From a bacterium (GTDB lineage Bacteria; Patescibacteriota; Andersenbacteria; UBA10190; CAIZMI01): a DNA stretch of 64,000 bases. Positions 1 through 10,318 of this stretch are shown here, in pieces (the stretch's first letter is position 1; the number at the start of each line of letters is the position of its first letter). The stretch lies in the NCBI GenBank assembly GCA_030647555.1, contig JAUSJG010000008.1, forward strand, positions 193,467 through 257,466, given 5' to 3'. The position numbers and the translations under genes were made by a program. The notes beneath the pieces are model-generated. The model made no database searches and was not told the origin of the DNA. It worked only from the letters and a program-made list of their open reading frames with translations.

Positions 1-1
1 C

Positions 2-460
2 AAGTTTCCCGAACGGAAAGAGCCGTGGGTTTGGATGATTCATATGCTCTCGCCATCGGCCTACGATGAAAAACGGTTCAGCGACTTGGTGGAACGCTTG
101 GTGCAATACAATGTCGGCGTGGTTGTTTGTCCCAGTGCTGTTCTCTCAAATCGACAGTTACGGCCGATTATGGCGCCAACGCACAACTCAATCACACGTA
201 TTCTGGAACTTTGTCATCGGCGCGTTCCGATGCGTATTGGAACGGATAATATTTGTGACGTGTTTGTTCCCCAAAGCGATGGGAATATGTTGACGGAATT
301 GAAACTGGCTGGACTTGGTGTGCGATTTTCAATTACACATGTCTGGGCGAAATTGGCGATGAATGTGCCGTTGAATGAAGTTGATCGCGACGCGATTGGG
401 CGCACTTTGTACGAAGATCGGAAGGCGTGGGCGAAATGTGACCCTGCGTGGCCCATTTAG
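2..460 (+). CDS. Amidohydrolase/cytosine deaminase-like protein, C-terminal part (5' end outside window)
   Basis: Frame is open from the window edge (KFPERKEPWVWMIH...). VVVCPS and IGTDNI motifs resemble beta7/beta8 of metal-dependent amidohydrolases. Confidence 0.65.
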   Translation, partial: KFPERKEPWVWMIHMLSPSAYDEKRFSDLVERLVQYNVGVVVCPSAVLSNRQLRPIMAPTHNSITRILELCHRRVPMRIGTDNICDVFVPQSDGNMLTELKLAGLGVRFSITHVWAKLAMNVPLNEVDRDAIGRTLYEDRKAWAKCDPAWPI

Positions 461-483
461 CGTAACTCTAGAAAAATTGAAAC

Positions 484-508
484 ACCGAGGTTATTCCTCG
501 GTTTTTTT
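484..508 (+). terminator. Intrinsic terminator
   Basis: ACCGAGG-ttatt-CCTCGGT hairpin followed by a T tract, shortly after the stop at 460. Confidence 0.8.
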
Positions 509-614
509 GTTTTTCTTCGCGAAGAAAAACAACCCCGAGCTTGCCCTGGGGTAAGATATATAAAGAGTGTCGGCTTCTCAAGAAGGTGAATTTGTTGTAC
601 ATTAGGCGCAGTCC

Positions 615-2645
615 ATGAGAGTCTTAAACTGTATAAAGAAAAACCGGGGGGTGCTTTTGGAAGCACTGATTATTTTGGTAGTGGCGATTTTGCCGCGACT
701 TTATGGCATTGGGCTTTTTCTCACGGCGGATGAAAAAAATTGGGTTGGCCGTTCGGCAGAATTTATCAAAGCGTGGCGACATTTGCGCATCAATGACACG
801 CTTCAAACAACGCATCCGGGTATCACGGTTTTGTGGGTTTCCGGATTAGCCGTTTACACCGCCCAGCAGGTTTATCATACGGTCTTCAATTTCAACGATA
901 TTTTGAAGTTTGCCGCGTTCGCGCAAGTGCCGATGGCGGTTATTAATTCCTTGCTTGTTGTGGCGATTTTTATTGTTTTACGGAAGCTTTTGCCCCGAAG
1001 TTTGGCGTTTGTCGCAGGGTTGGCGTTAGCGTTGGACCCGTATTTGATCGGGTTTAGTAAAATTGTGCATGTTGATGCTTTTCTCACAGGATTTTTAACG
1101 GTGGCGGTTCTTCTTTTAGTTTTATATGACAAAACAAAATCGCGAAAAGTTTATTTTTTGTCCGCAATTTTCGCATCGTTGGCGATTCTTACAAAATTAC
1201 CGGCAATCGTTATTTTGCCTTTTGCCGGTGTTTTATTTGCTTTTCGAAGTGATTTGTTTAAAAAAGAAGTATTTTGGAAGCAAATTAAATTATATGTCGG
1301 TTGGTTAACGATTGTTCTGGTGTTGGTTGTTATTCTCTGGCCGTCGCTTTGGTGGGTTCCACATCCTTTTGATAATATCAGTCAGGTCGGGAAAGATATG
1401 AAAGTGGCAACCCTGCAACCGCACGATATGGATGAGCCGTATACGATGGAAGCATGGCATTATCCGGCCACGATATTAACGCGCTCCACAATTTCCGTGA
1501 TGTTGGGCGTGGTGGTGCTTATTTCCATGTTGTGTTTTAAAAAAACACGAGAGAAGATATTTCAGATTGCGCACTGGCGTATTTTGTTTTTCCTTAGCTT
1601 GTTTGTTTTGATTTTTATGGTAGAAATGACAATTGGTGCCAAAAAAGGCGATCGGTATGTGTTGCCTGTTTTTCCGGCAATAACGATTTTGGGATGCATT
1701 GGTATATACGGAGCAGTTTCGGTGCTAAATCATAATAAATTATCAAAATATGCGCGAAGTGCGGTTGTCGCAGCATTGGTTTTAGTATCCGCCGGTGTGG
1801 CATTAATTAAATTAGGACCTTATGAATTGGCTTATTATAATCCATTGTTTCCGCCAAACATGAGCCAGGAATTAGGTTGGGGTGAAGGTTTTGATAAGGT
1901 CGCAAAATTCTTGGATGCGCAACCGGATAAAAACTATGTCGCCTCATGGTACCCCGAGGAGTTGGGTGCTTTAACAAAAAAGACCGTTTTGACGATTAGT
2001 GCTTATCAGGAAAATCGAATGGGTTACGTAGTTTTGTATCGCAATATGTTTGGTCGTAATCCGGATCATTGGGCAAATAATTTTATAGATGAATATTACA
2101 AAAAACGTACGCCAATTTTTACGGCACGTGTAAATGGTTTGGATTATGCTTGGGTTTACAGGAAACCGGTCGTGAATGCGATTGTCGGTGAAATTTTACC
2201 AGGGCAAGCAGTTGTGGTTGAAAAACAAATAATGGCGGAAAATTTATCGGCCGTGAGTGTCGCGGTGGCGACATATAGCGGAAAAGCAACGGCTGGCAGT
2301 ATGACTTTGCACGTAAAAACCGATTTAGCGGGGCCGGATTTAAGAACTGTTACGGTTGAAGCAAAACAATTACAGGATGGGGGATTAACTAAATTTTCGT
2401 TTGAACCATTGTCGGGTATTATTGGTAAGCAGGCGTATTTTATTTTTACAACATCCGGAACTTATGAAGGCAACGCGCCCACACTTCGAGTCGCCAAGGA
2501 TGAACCCAATTCATTTTATTCATTTATTAAGAGCGGTGTCGTAAATGAAAAAAATATGGAAATAAATACAAAACCCGGCTGGCTTGGTATTGATTGGTAT
2601 TTTATGCGGAATGGTAAGGAGATTTCGCAATTAGAGGTAAAATAA
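615..2645 (+). CDS. GT-C fold membrane glycosyltransferase (PMT/ArnT-like) with C-terminal extracytoplasmic domain
   Basis: 676 aa, many TM helices, early RL...TADE motif, HPG motif, LAILTK, DRYVLP. Confidence 0.8.
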   Translation: MRVLNCIKKNRGVLLEALIILVVAILPRLYGIGLFLTADEKNWVGRSAEFIKAWRHLRINDTLQTTHPGITVLWVSGLAVYTAQQVYHTVFNFNDILKFAAFAQVPMAVINSLLVVAIFIVLRKLLPRSLAFVAGLALALDPYLIGFSKIVHVDAFLTGFLTVAVLLLVLYDKTKSRKVYFLSAIFASLAILTKLPAIVILPFAGVLFAFRSDLFKKEVFWKQIKLYVGWLTIVLVLVVILWPSLWWVPHPFDNISQVGKDMKVATLQPHDMDEPYTMEAWHYPATILTRSTISVMLGVVVLISMLCFKKTREKIFQIAHWRILFFLSLFVLIFMVEMTIGAKKGDRYVLPVFPAITILGCIGIYGAVSVLNHNKLSKYARSAVVAALVLVSAGVALIKLGPYELAYYNPLFPPNMSQELGWGEGFDKVAKFLDAQPDKNYVASWYPEELGALTKKTVLTISAYQENRMGYVVLYRNMFGRNPDHWANNFIDEYYKKRTPIFTARVNGLDYAWVYRKPVVNAIVGEILPGQAVVVEKQIMAENLSAVSVAVATYSGKATAGSMTLHVKTDLAGPDLRTVTVEAKQLQDGGLTKFSFEPLSGIIGKQAYFIFTTSGTYEGNAPTLRVAKDEPNSFYSFIKSGVVNEKNMEINTKPGWLGIDWYFMRNGKEISQLEVK

Positions 2646-4657
2646 TGAACAAAAAAAGGATTTTGCTTAGTGTATTGCCGATACTGTTATTTACCGCGGT
2701 TGCTATTGTTTGGTTTTTTCCGGTAATAAGGAATTTTTCAACCTCTGTCGCGGGAATTGGCGGTGACCCCTACCAAACACTATGGCGGTTTAATCGTTTA
2801 GGAGAAACGGTAAGTCAAGGATCATTATTCGTTCCTGAAGAAAAATCGCTTCCGAATTTGGCGCCGCTTCCTTGGTTGCCGGTTTTTTATTTGTTTGGGG
2901 ACGTGGTTGCGTACAACACGGCGTGGTTGGTGTCCGCCATTTTGGCGGGTTATCTTTGTTTTGTTTTAGCGCGACTTTGGGGAGCACAATTTTGGCCGGC
3001 ACTTGTCGCCGGGTTATTGGTCGAGTTTGCGCCGTATCGCATTGCCCAGTCATTGGGCCATTTTGGGGCGATGCAGTTTTGGGTACTATTGGCCGTTTTG
3101 ATTTGTTTAACGGCTTGGTATCGCAAAAATAATCTGTGGTTTTTTCTGCTTGGAATGCTTTTCTCAATTTGGACGGCATGGACCGATCATCAGTTGTTTA
3201 TAGTTTTGATGATAATTATTGGCGTTGTAGCGTTAATTTATTGGCGAGAAACCATTCGTAACGTTAAAAAGACGCCACTTCTGGTGTTAATTGCAGTGGT
3301 GATGGTTTGTATTTCGGTTTTGCCTTTCGCGAGATCGATATTTACTGTTTCCGATAATAGCAACCACTTTAATTTGGGTGGTGTACAGCGCGATAGTTAT
3401 TCCGCGACGTTGCGGTCAGTGCTTTTGCCCGCGCCTTTTTCATTAATTGGATCGCGGGTTTATAGTTTCAATTTGGCGACGGACAATGTGCAGGCGCTTG
3501 GTGTGGTTTTGCCTGTTGTGGTGTTGGTTCTTTTCATTGTGTCCAATAAAATGAAAAAAGATGTTGGGTTTGCAATTCTTATTTTGCTCGGATTGGTTCT
3601 TTCCTTTGGTGCGTCAGTGAGTATTCGTGGAATAAATATTCCTCTACCCGGAAAGTTGTTATTTGAATTGCCCATATTGTCCTCGATTCGTACAATTGGA
3701 CGGTTTGTTGTTTTGCCGGTGATTTTTTTACCAATTTATTTGGCAATCAAATGGGTGGCGAAGAAAAATATATATTGGTTTGTTATTGCTTTATTTTGCT
3801 TGTTGGAAATTATTCCCATTGCCGGTTTTCCTGTTTTAGTAATTGAACATACTAAAGCTAAACAAGTTGCCGAAAATTTGGGTACCGGTTCCGTGTTGGC
3901 GATACCCGCTTATACCAATTACCAATACGGATCAGAACAATTATATTATTCTTTGGATTATCAAAAACCAGTAGTCGGCAATTCGGCGCTTTCGCGCATT
4001 ATTGATCCAAAATCTTTGGAAGAATTTTTGGCGACGCCGGTAATTCGTGATTTGGTTTTATTGCGACTTTCGGATTTTGATTTGCCGACAATATTTGGAC
4101 AGGCCAATAAAGACATTGTTAATCTGGCATTCGCTTCGCAGGAAATTGGTAATGTTTTGTTGGAGACTAATCCATTGGGTGGCATGGTTTCGTTGGAAGG
4201 AAATAAACAAACTACTTTGGATAGTGTAAAAATTGAACAAGTAAAAAAATATTTGCGTGACAGTCTTGGTTTAAAAGAGAGTATGGTTGGAACAAGCACG
4301 TTTGTTTATGGTTTGCCCGTTAGCGGTATCGGGACCGCACAGTATTTTGTAATGGAGGGAAAAGGGTGGCAGATAAAGAAAAAGCTTGCTGATCGTAGTG
4401 TCGTTGAGCTACAAAAAGTTTCGGAGTTTTTTGTTTATTCCACCGAAAACAATGTTTTGGATTTGAGTATGACGGTTCTTGATTCGGCCGGAAATAGTGA
4501 TGTGATTATGCGAAGCGACCAAGGTGAACAAAGGGTATCATTTGGAACAAATGAGCGCATAAATATGGAGCTGGAAACGCAGGCAAACAAATTGGTTAAA
4601 TATACTCTTATACTTGACAAAAACCCTATTTTGGTGGAAAATCCACGGATAAAATAA
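2645..4657 (+). CDS. Polytopic membrane protein, probable GT-C/YfhO-like glycosyltransferase
   Basis: 670 aa, multi-TM, GGDPYQ, FAPYR..GH and IRTIGRF motifs; start overlaps the upstream stop. Confidence 0.6.
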   Translation: MNKKRILLSVLPILLFTAVAIVWFFPVIRNFSTSVAGIGGDPYQTLWRFNRLGETVSQGSLFVPEEKSLPNLAPLPWLPVFYLFGDVVAYNTAWLVSAILAGYLCFVLARLWGAQFWPALVAGLLVEFAPYRIAQSLGHFGAMQFWVLLAVLICLTAWYRKNNLWFFLLGMLFSIWTAWTDHQLFIVLMIIIGVVALIYWRETIRNVKKTPLLVLIAVVMVCISVLPFARSIFTVSDNSNHFNLGGVQRDSYSATLRSVLLPAPFSLIGSRVYSFNLATDNVQALGVVLPVVVLVLFIVSNKMKKDVGFAILILLGLVLSFGASVSIRGINIPLPGKLLFELPILSSIRTIGRFVVLPVIFLPIYLAIKWVAKKNIYWFVIALFCLLEIIPIAGFPVLVIEHTKAKQVAENLGTGSVLAIPAYTNYQYGSEQLYYSLDYQKPVVGNSALSRIIDPKSLEEFLATPVIRDLVLLRLSDFDLPTIFGQANKDIVNLAFASQEIGNVLLETNPLGGMVSLEGNKQTTLDSVKIEQVKKYLRDSLGLKESMVGTSTFVYGLPVSGIGTAQYFVMEGKGWQIKKKLADRSVVELQKVSEFFVYSTENNVLDLSMTVLDSAGNSDVIMRSDQGEQRVSFGTNERINMELETQANKLVKYTLILDKNPILVENPRIK

Positions 4658-4660
4658 TTT

Positions 4661-5806
4661 ATGAAGATTCTCCTGATTAACTATGAGTATCCTCCGCTGG
4701 GTGGCGGTGGGGGCATTGAGGCGCAAGATTTGGCGGAGCAACTGGCCAAAACGCATGAGGTGACAGTGTTAACTACCGGTTTTCATAATCTGCCACACAA
4801 AGAGACACGAAATGGAGTAAAAATTTATCGCGTGCCGGTTTTTGGACGCACTGATTTGCCGACCGCTTCTACGGTTTCGCTTGTTTCTTTTTTCCCGTTC
4901 GCGCTTGTGTATGGTTTGTTTTTAGTACCACGAATTAAACCAAATGTCATTAACGCCCATTTTGCGATTCCATCTGGATTACCAGCCGCATTTTTGGCAA
5001 AAATATATCGGATTCCTTTTGTGTTAACACTAATTGGTGGAGACATCTATGATCCCAGCAAGGGCATTTCACCGCATCGTCATGCAATTTTGCGTTGGAC
5101 GATTAGACGCATTATGCGTTGCGCGGATAAAATTACGGCCATTTCTCATGATACGAAAGAACGGGCGATTCGTTATTATCAGGCGCCGGAAGGCATTGAG
5201 GTGATTCCATTGGGGCTAGTTCCACCAAAGGATCTAGTTGCCGAAGCTAGTGTGAAGGAAGTGAGTGATAAAATAAACTTTGTTTCGATTGGTCGGTTGG
5301 TGGCAAGAAAGGGCTACTTTGACTTGTTTCGAGCTTTTGCTGAAATGGAGAAAAAGAACGCAGTTTTGCATATTATCGGCGATGGACCATTGTTGCCGGA
5401 ACTACGAACGGAGATTAAAAACCTCGGTGTCGAAGAAAGAATCGTGATGCATGGTCGCGCGACCGAGGAAGGAAAATATAATATATTAAAAATGTCGGAT
5501 ATATATGTATCGGCATCGCACCACGAAGGTTTTGGGATTTGTTTTCTTGAGGCGATGTATACCGGGTTACCGATTATTACAACCAACATCGGAGGACAAA
5601 CTGATTTTCTCGTTCCGGGACGAAACGCTATTCTTGTTAATGTCGGTGATATCAATAAGCTCACTAAGGCGATGGACCAGTTGGTAATGGATGCGGAGAT
5701 GAGAAAAAATATCGGTGAGGTGAACAAAAAGGATGTTGAAAATTTTTTGATAGAAAACACAACGAAACGTTATGAAATTATTTTTCAAGAATTAAACGCT
5801 CACTAA
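4661..5806 (+). CDS. GT4 glycosyltransferase
   Basis: MKILLINYEYPPLGGG N-terminus; GRLVARKG; EGFGICFLEA (E-X7-E). Confidence 0.92.
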   Translation: MKILLINYEYPPLGGGGGIEAQDLAEQLAKTHEVTVLTTGFHNLPHKETRNGVKIYRVPVFGRTDLPTASTVSLVSFFPFALVYGLFLVPRIKPNVINAHFAIPSGLPAAFLAKIYRIPFVLTLIGGDIYDPSKGISPHRHAILRWTIRRIMRCADKITAISHDTKERAIRYYQAPEGIEVIPLGLVPPKDLVAEASVKEVSDKINFVSIGRLVARKGYFDLFRAFAEMEKKNAVLHIIGDGPLLPELRTEIKNLGVEERIVMHGRATEEGKYNILKMSDIYVSASHHEGFGICFLEAMYTGLPIITTNIGGQTDFLVPGRNAILVNVGDINKLTKAMDQLVMDAEMRKNIGEVNKKDVENFLIENTTKRYEIIFQELNAH

Positions 5807-5807
5807 A

Positions 5808-6917
5808 ATGGCTCGGATTGCCCTTGAGGCGCGTTCATTGTCGACACTCGGTGGTGGCGTGCGTACTTACACAAAAGAAGTAATTAGTAGGATTTTGAAG
5901 GCTGAATCAAGTGATGAATATATTATTTATCACGATAGCAAAAAGAATCTCAGCAGTTTTCCCGGTGCGGAAGAAAAAGTTGTTTCGGTAGGGCACCCAT
6001 TGTTTCGCATCGGTTGGGACTATTTTTTACTGCCACAGGCGTTGAAACGGGACAAGATTGATTTCATTCATTATTTTAAACCGGCGACTACGCCATTTAA
6101 AAAACCCGTCGCGATTGCGACAATGTACGATGTTATTCCTTTGCTTTATCCGGAAACGCAAACGGCAATTCAGTTGGCTTATTGGCGCAAACAGTTACCG
6201 CTTACGGCGAAAACCTGCGCGCATTTGATAACGATATCGGAATGTTCAAAACGCGACATTGTGAGACTGTTGCAGGTTGATCCGGCCAAGATAACAGTGA
6301 CGCCACTCGGGGTTGATTCCAAGTTTAAACCGGTGTCGGAGATCGAAAAAATAGCGATGCGCGAAAAATATCGCTTGCCTGAAAAATATATATTGTATCT
6401 TGGTACAATAGAACCGCGAAAAAATGTCGCGCGATTAATTCGAGCGTTTAATAAAGTGGCCGGTAATATTCCACACAGTTTAGTGTTGGCTGGAAAATGG
6501 GGCTGGAGTTATGAGGATGTAAAAGAGGAAATTGCCAAATCGCCATTTAAAGACAGAATCATTAGTTTGTCATATGTCGAGTCGGAGTATTTGCCGTCAC
6601 TTTGTAGCGCCGCCAGTATATTTGTTTTTCCAAGCTTATATGAAGGTTATGGCTTGCCGCCACTGGAGGCAATGGCATGCGGAACGCCGGTAATTACATC
6701 AAATGTTTCCAGTTTACCGGAAGTGGTAGGTGACGCCGCGTTGACTGTTGATCCTTTGGACGAAGATGCTTTAAGTAAAGCAATTGAACGATTGGCTTTG
6801 GATACTGCGTTACAAAACGAATTAAGTGAAAAAGGATTAGCAAGAGCAAAACAATTTAATTGGGACAAGACAGCAGAAATGACGTTGGGTGTATACAAGA
6901 AAGTATTTCAATTATGA
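5808..6917 (+). CDS. GT4 glycosyltransferase (mannosyltransferase-like)
   Basis: GTIEPRKN and FPSLYEGYGLPPLEAMACG motifs. Confidence 0.92.
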   Translation: MARIALEARSLSTLGGGVRTYTKEVISRILKAESSDEYIIYHDSKKNLSSFPGAEEKVVSVGHPLFRIGWDYFLLPQALKRDKIDFIHYFKPATTPFKKPVAIATMYDVIPLLYPETQTAIQLAYWRKQLPLTAKTCAHLITISECSKRDIVRLLQVDPAKITVTPLGVDSKFKPVSEIEKIAMREKYRLPEKYILYLGTIEPRKNVARLIRAFNKVAGNIPHSLVLAGKWGWSYEDVKEEIAKSPFKDRIISLSYVESEYLPSLCSAASIFVFPSLYEGYGLPPLEAMACGTPVITSNVSSLPEVVGDAALTVDPLDEDALSKAIERLALDTALQNELSEKGLARAKQFNWDKTAEMTLGVYKKVFQL

Positions 6918-8227
6918 AAATCGCTTTCCTTTCCTCGCGTTTTCCGCCTGATTTTATTGGTGGTGGGGAATGGTCGACAAAATATATTGCAGAAGGCCTG
7001 GTCGCACTTGGTCACGACGTGACTGTTATTTGTGGTGCGGAAGAAAATAAAGAGGAAATAATTAATGGCTTAAAAGTTAAACGCGTCAAAGCGTTGTTTG
7101 GTCTTTGGGACAAACCGCTTTTGGAAAAACGAAAAAGTAAAAAACTGGCGTTGGTTCTAAAGAAAGAGCTTGATGAAAAATTCGACATAGTTCACGCGCA
7201 TGATTTTCGCACCGCGCAAGCTTTAGCATTATTGAATTTGCCAAACGCGGTTGTAACAATTCGTGATTTCGCGCCAATCTGTGGGACAACTAATAATATG
7301 TTGTTTGACGGTCAATCTTGTAATGGTTGTACGTTGGCAAGTGTTTGTTTTAAGTGTCATCGTGTGCGCGAAGCGTCGTTTGCGCGGAAGCCGTTTAGAA
7401 TTTGGCAATACAAATTCAATTTGGCTTTTCGCAATGAAACATATCAAAATATTAAGAATCAAATTTATATCAGTGAGGCATTGCGTTCGCGCGTCGTATC
7501 ACGACTGGAATTGCCAAAAAATACGGCGGTCATTTCGAATCCAGTTAGTCCGGATTGGTTGCAACCGATCATGTCGCAATTCCCTCCTTTGTTAAATGGC
7601 GCGGCGGGTTCCCCGAAAACATCCAGTGAATGTTTGAGAGGGTGCCAGCGCCGGCACATCAGTGCCGTGCTGGGCGGGGGTGGATTCCGAAATAAAATTG
7701 TTTACGCTGGCACGGTTGATGACTACAAGGGAGTAAAAATTTTAATCGATGCGTTCGCAAAGTTTCAGAAAATAGAAAAAGATGTTGAGTTGATAATTAT
7801 TGGTAAGGGCAAAATCGCAGAATATCAAAAATACATCGCGCAAAATTGTATCGATATATCGATACAATTTGTCGGTAAAAAAACACAAGAAGAAGTGAGA
7901 GAATATTTTGACGAGGCGTTGGTAATTGTACAGCCGAGTATTTGGGAAGAGCCGTTTGGCAGAACGATTATCGAAGCCTACGCGCGCGGTCGCGCCGTTG
8001 TGGCGTCTAATGTTGGCGGAATTAAAGAAACGTTCAAAGAAGGCACCGGTTATTTGGTAAAACCCGGGAGTGTTGATGAATTGCATTTAGCTCTTAAAAA
8101 GATTGTGGAAAACAAAGAAGAAACCCAAAAAATGGGCGAAATCGGCAGAGCATATGTAGAACAAAATTTTACCGCGCAAATTGTTGCGCAGAAATATTTG
8201 GATTATTATAATCATGCGACCAAATAG
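6914..8227 (+). CDS. GT4 glycosyltransferase carrying an in-frame repeat insertion in the interdomain linker
   Basis: Start reassigned to ATG 6914 (ATGA overlap with the upstream stop); PSIWEEPFGRTIIEA motif; about 36 extra residues come from the repeat at 7579-7687. Confidence 0.88.
   Translation: MKIAFLSSRFPPDFIGGGEWSTKYIAEGLVALGHDVTVICGAEENKEEIINGLKVKRVKALFGLWDKPLLEKRKSKKLALVLKKELDEKFDIVHAHDFRTAQALALLNLPNAVVTIRDFAPICGTTNNMLFDGQSCNGCTLASVCFKCHRVREASFARKPFRIWQYKFNLAFRNETYQNIKNQIYISEALRSRVVSRLELPKNTAVISNPVSPDWLQPIMSQFPPLLNGAAGSPKTSSECLRGCQRRHISAVLGGGGFRNKIVYAGTVDDYKGVKILIDAFAKFQKIEKDVELIIIGKGKIAEYQKYIAQNCIDISIQFVGKKTQEEVREYFDEALVIVQPSIWEEPFGRTIIEAYARGRAVVASNVGGIKETFKEGTGYLVKPGSVDELHLALKKIVENKEETQKMGEIGRAYVEQNFTAQIVAQKYLDYYNHATK
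7579..7687. repeat. 109-bp composite palindromic repeat, copy 1 (intragenic, in frame)
   Basis: 100/109 identical to 27531-27639 by manual alignment. Confidence 0.95.
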
Positions 8228-8266
8228 TTAATTATAGAGAAAGATATTTATTCTTAAAACAAATTT

Positions 8267-8642
8267 ATGACTGAGGATTTTGCGTCAAAATATCCGAAAG
8301 GGTTCACATGGTAATAAACAATATGCCTGGTCCGGAGGCCACATGGAATACATGGAGTCTTTTGTGGAAACCGCTAAACGGGAAGTTAAGGAAGAAACAG
8401 GTATGGAAATTGATAATATTAGATTCCTGCGTTTGTTAAATCTTAAAACCTACGCCCCAAAACATTATGTTGATCTTGGGTTTATTGCAGACTGGAAAAG
8501 TGGTGAACCGAAAGTAATGGAACCTGACCGCTGTGAGGGTTGGGGTTGGTATGAGATTGATAATTTACCGCAACCGGTCTTTGATACTATCCCAAGTTTC
8601 TTAGAAGCATACAGGACTGGCCGTAATTTCTGGGACGCTTAA
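8267..8642 (+). pseudogene. NUDIX hydrolase (NUDT15/MutT-like) with internal deletion and frameshift
   Basis: Nudix box GGHMEYMESFVETAKREVKEETG is intact, but ATG 8267 reads MTEDFASKYPK then stops; the first beta strands are missing before RKGSHG. Confidence 0.7.
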
Positions 8643-8656
8643 AACCATCTTTACGG

Positions 8657-10048
8657 TTATCGATCCGCTTTTTCGAGCATAAAGAATCTAGAGAGGACTA
8701 ATTTGTTTTCGCGGGCCACGGTGGCGATTATTTCATCGCCGTTTTGAATTACTTCGGCTGTGCCATCGCCACGATTGGTGCTGATTAGATTATATATTAT
8801 GTGGCCATTTCTTTGATCTATATCGGCCATTTTCAAAATATCTTTTTCAAAGAAGAGGATTTGGTGTGAACCGGCGTACCACGTTGGTTTGCGAATCGCG
8901 GAGGAAAGGCGGGCAATGAGTTCTGGAGAAAAATGGTTGAGTGGAGAGCGTTTTTCGTGTAGGTTCATTACCCAAAGGTCGAATTCCGATTCTTGCCAGG
9001 CGATTTTGTCTCCCTCTGGTGACCAGCTGACCGATTCTGCGTGCGTGGTAACGTTGTGCCACACTCGCTCGCTGTTATCCCAAACAATTAAACTTTGTGT
9101 TGGTTGAACAAGAATGGCAATATCTCCCGTTGGCGAGTAGATAAGATTGCTGATTGAGTTTTTGCTGAGTGTGGGAGTTTCAATTTGGTCTTGCTCGTTG
9201 CCACTGGAAGAGTAGGTGCGGATCGTGTATTTTTCGGCGTTATTTTCCAGGATCGCAAACCCGTTGGCCGTAAAACTAATTGCTTCCGCGTCTTGTGAAA
9301 TTGTTTCGGTGCCCGAACTTTTAAGGGAAGTAATGATTGCTTTCTTGTTTTTTAAAATAATTAATTTTTCTTCGGTGAGTGTCGCGATCCAGCCGACCAA
9401 TTTTGATTCATCATCCGTTAGCGGGGTTGCGGTGCCGGTACTGATTTCAATAAGATAATGACGGCTGGATTTTCCGGTGGTTAGCGTGAGAGCAATAAAA
9501 TCCTCGTTCGGTGACCATAAAATGTTGGCCGATTCTTTTTTATTGATAGAAAGTTTAACAATTGTTCCCGTATCAGAGTATTTATTAATCGGAACAATCC
9601 TTAATTGATACCCGTTCTTAATTTGTTCAAAGATACCCAGCAGTTGCCTTTTGGGGGAAATATTAAAATTAACTACGTTTGAGCGCATTACATCTTCTTC
9701 AATGTTGAATGGAACAAGTCGTACATCGCGCGCGTCGGTAATCATTGTGCCAATGATGGGCAGGTTTTTCACCCAAGATCGATAACCATCTTTTTCCAAT
9801 TTAATGTTGTAGTTTCCCGGCAGTAGATTTTGAATCGAGGTTGGTGTTTTATTGGAAAGTTTTTTGTCATTGATTGTTATTGTCGCGCTATTGGGAATTG
9901 TGCGAATTAAAAATGTACCAACCGAAACCGAGTTGGGAGAGATGGGCGTGAATCGGTGACCCATAGAATAGCTGATTAGAAAGGGCGCAACCAAAAGAAA
10001 AACCAGCCAAGCAAGGATGTTGACAATGAGGCGAATGCGAGGCGTCAT
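8657..10048 (-). CDS. Membrane-anchored PEGA-domain protein with TolB/WD40-like propeller
   Basis: N-terminal TM; TIPNSATITIND...LLPGNYNIKLEKDGYRSW PEGA signature; repeated WSP motifs. Confidence 0.8.
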   Translation of the reverse strand: MTPRIRLIVNILAWLVFLLVAPFLISYSMGHRFTPISPNSVSVGTFLIRTIPNSATITINDKKLSNKTPTSIQNLLPGNYNIKLEKDGYRSWVKNLPIIGTMITDARDVRLVPFNIEEDVMRSNVVNFNISPKRQLLGIFEQIKNGYQLRIVPINKYSDTGTIVKLSINKKESANILWSPNEDFIALTLTTGKSSRHYLIEISTGTATPLTDDESKLVGWIATLTEEKLIILKNKKAIITSLKSSGTETISQDAEAISFTANGFAILENNAEKYTIRTYSSSGNEQDQIETPTLSKNSISNLIYSPTGDIAILVQPTQSLIVWDNSERVWHNVTTHAESVSWSPEGDKIAWQESEFDLWVMNLHEKRSPLNHFSPELIARLSSAIRKPTWYAGSHQILFFEKDILKMADIDQRNGHIIYNLISTNRGDGTAEVIQNGDEIIATVARENKLVLSRFFMLEKADR

Positions 10049-10120
10049 AGGATAATTAGTGAAATGATAGTTGAAATTGTTCTTTATTACCAGGGCTTTT
10101 TTGGGTAAAAATTATTCATA

Positions 10121-10244
10121 AAATCCCAATGACCAAATCTCAAATCCCAACAAAACTCTAAAACCTTAAATGACCAAAACTTTAGTTTTTGGGATTTAGG
10201 TAATTATGATTTTGTTGGACATTGGGGTTTGGTCATTGGGATTT
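10121..10244. repeat. Heptamer-unit long imperfect inverted repeat (AAATCCC/AATGACC type)
   Basis: Left arm aaatcccaatgaccaaatctcaaatcccaacaaaa pairs with right arm ttttgttggacattggggtttggtcattgggattt. Confidence 0.9.
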
Positions 10245-10318
10245 AAAAATATTGTAAATTTTGATTGAAATTATAGTGCTTCAGTGCTACATTGAGCCAA
10301 CTAACAACTACTCTATAA

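Noticed and set aside
532-552. ACCCCGAG/CTGGGGT hairpin as another repeat family or IS end
   Set aside because: It is short, imperfect and single-copy in the window.
7597-7671. GC-rich insert as an HDV-like ribozyme or self-splicing intron
   Set aside because: I could not build the nested double pseudoknot or any group I/II core, and it is too short for an intron. Only an Infernal search would settle it.
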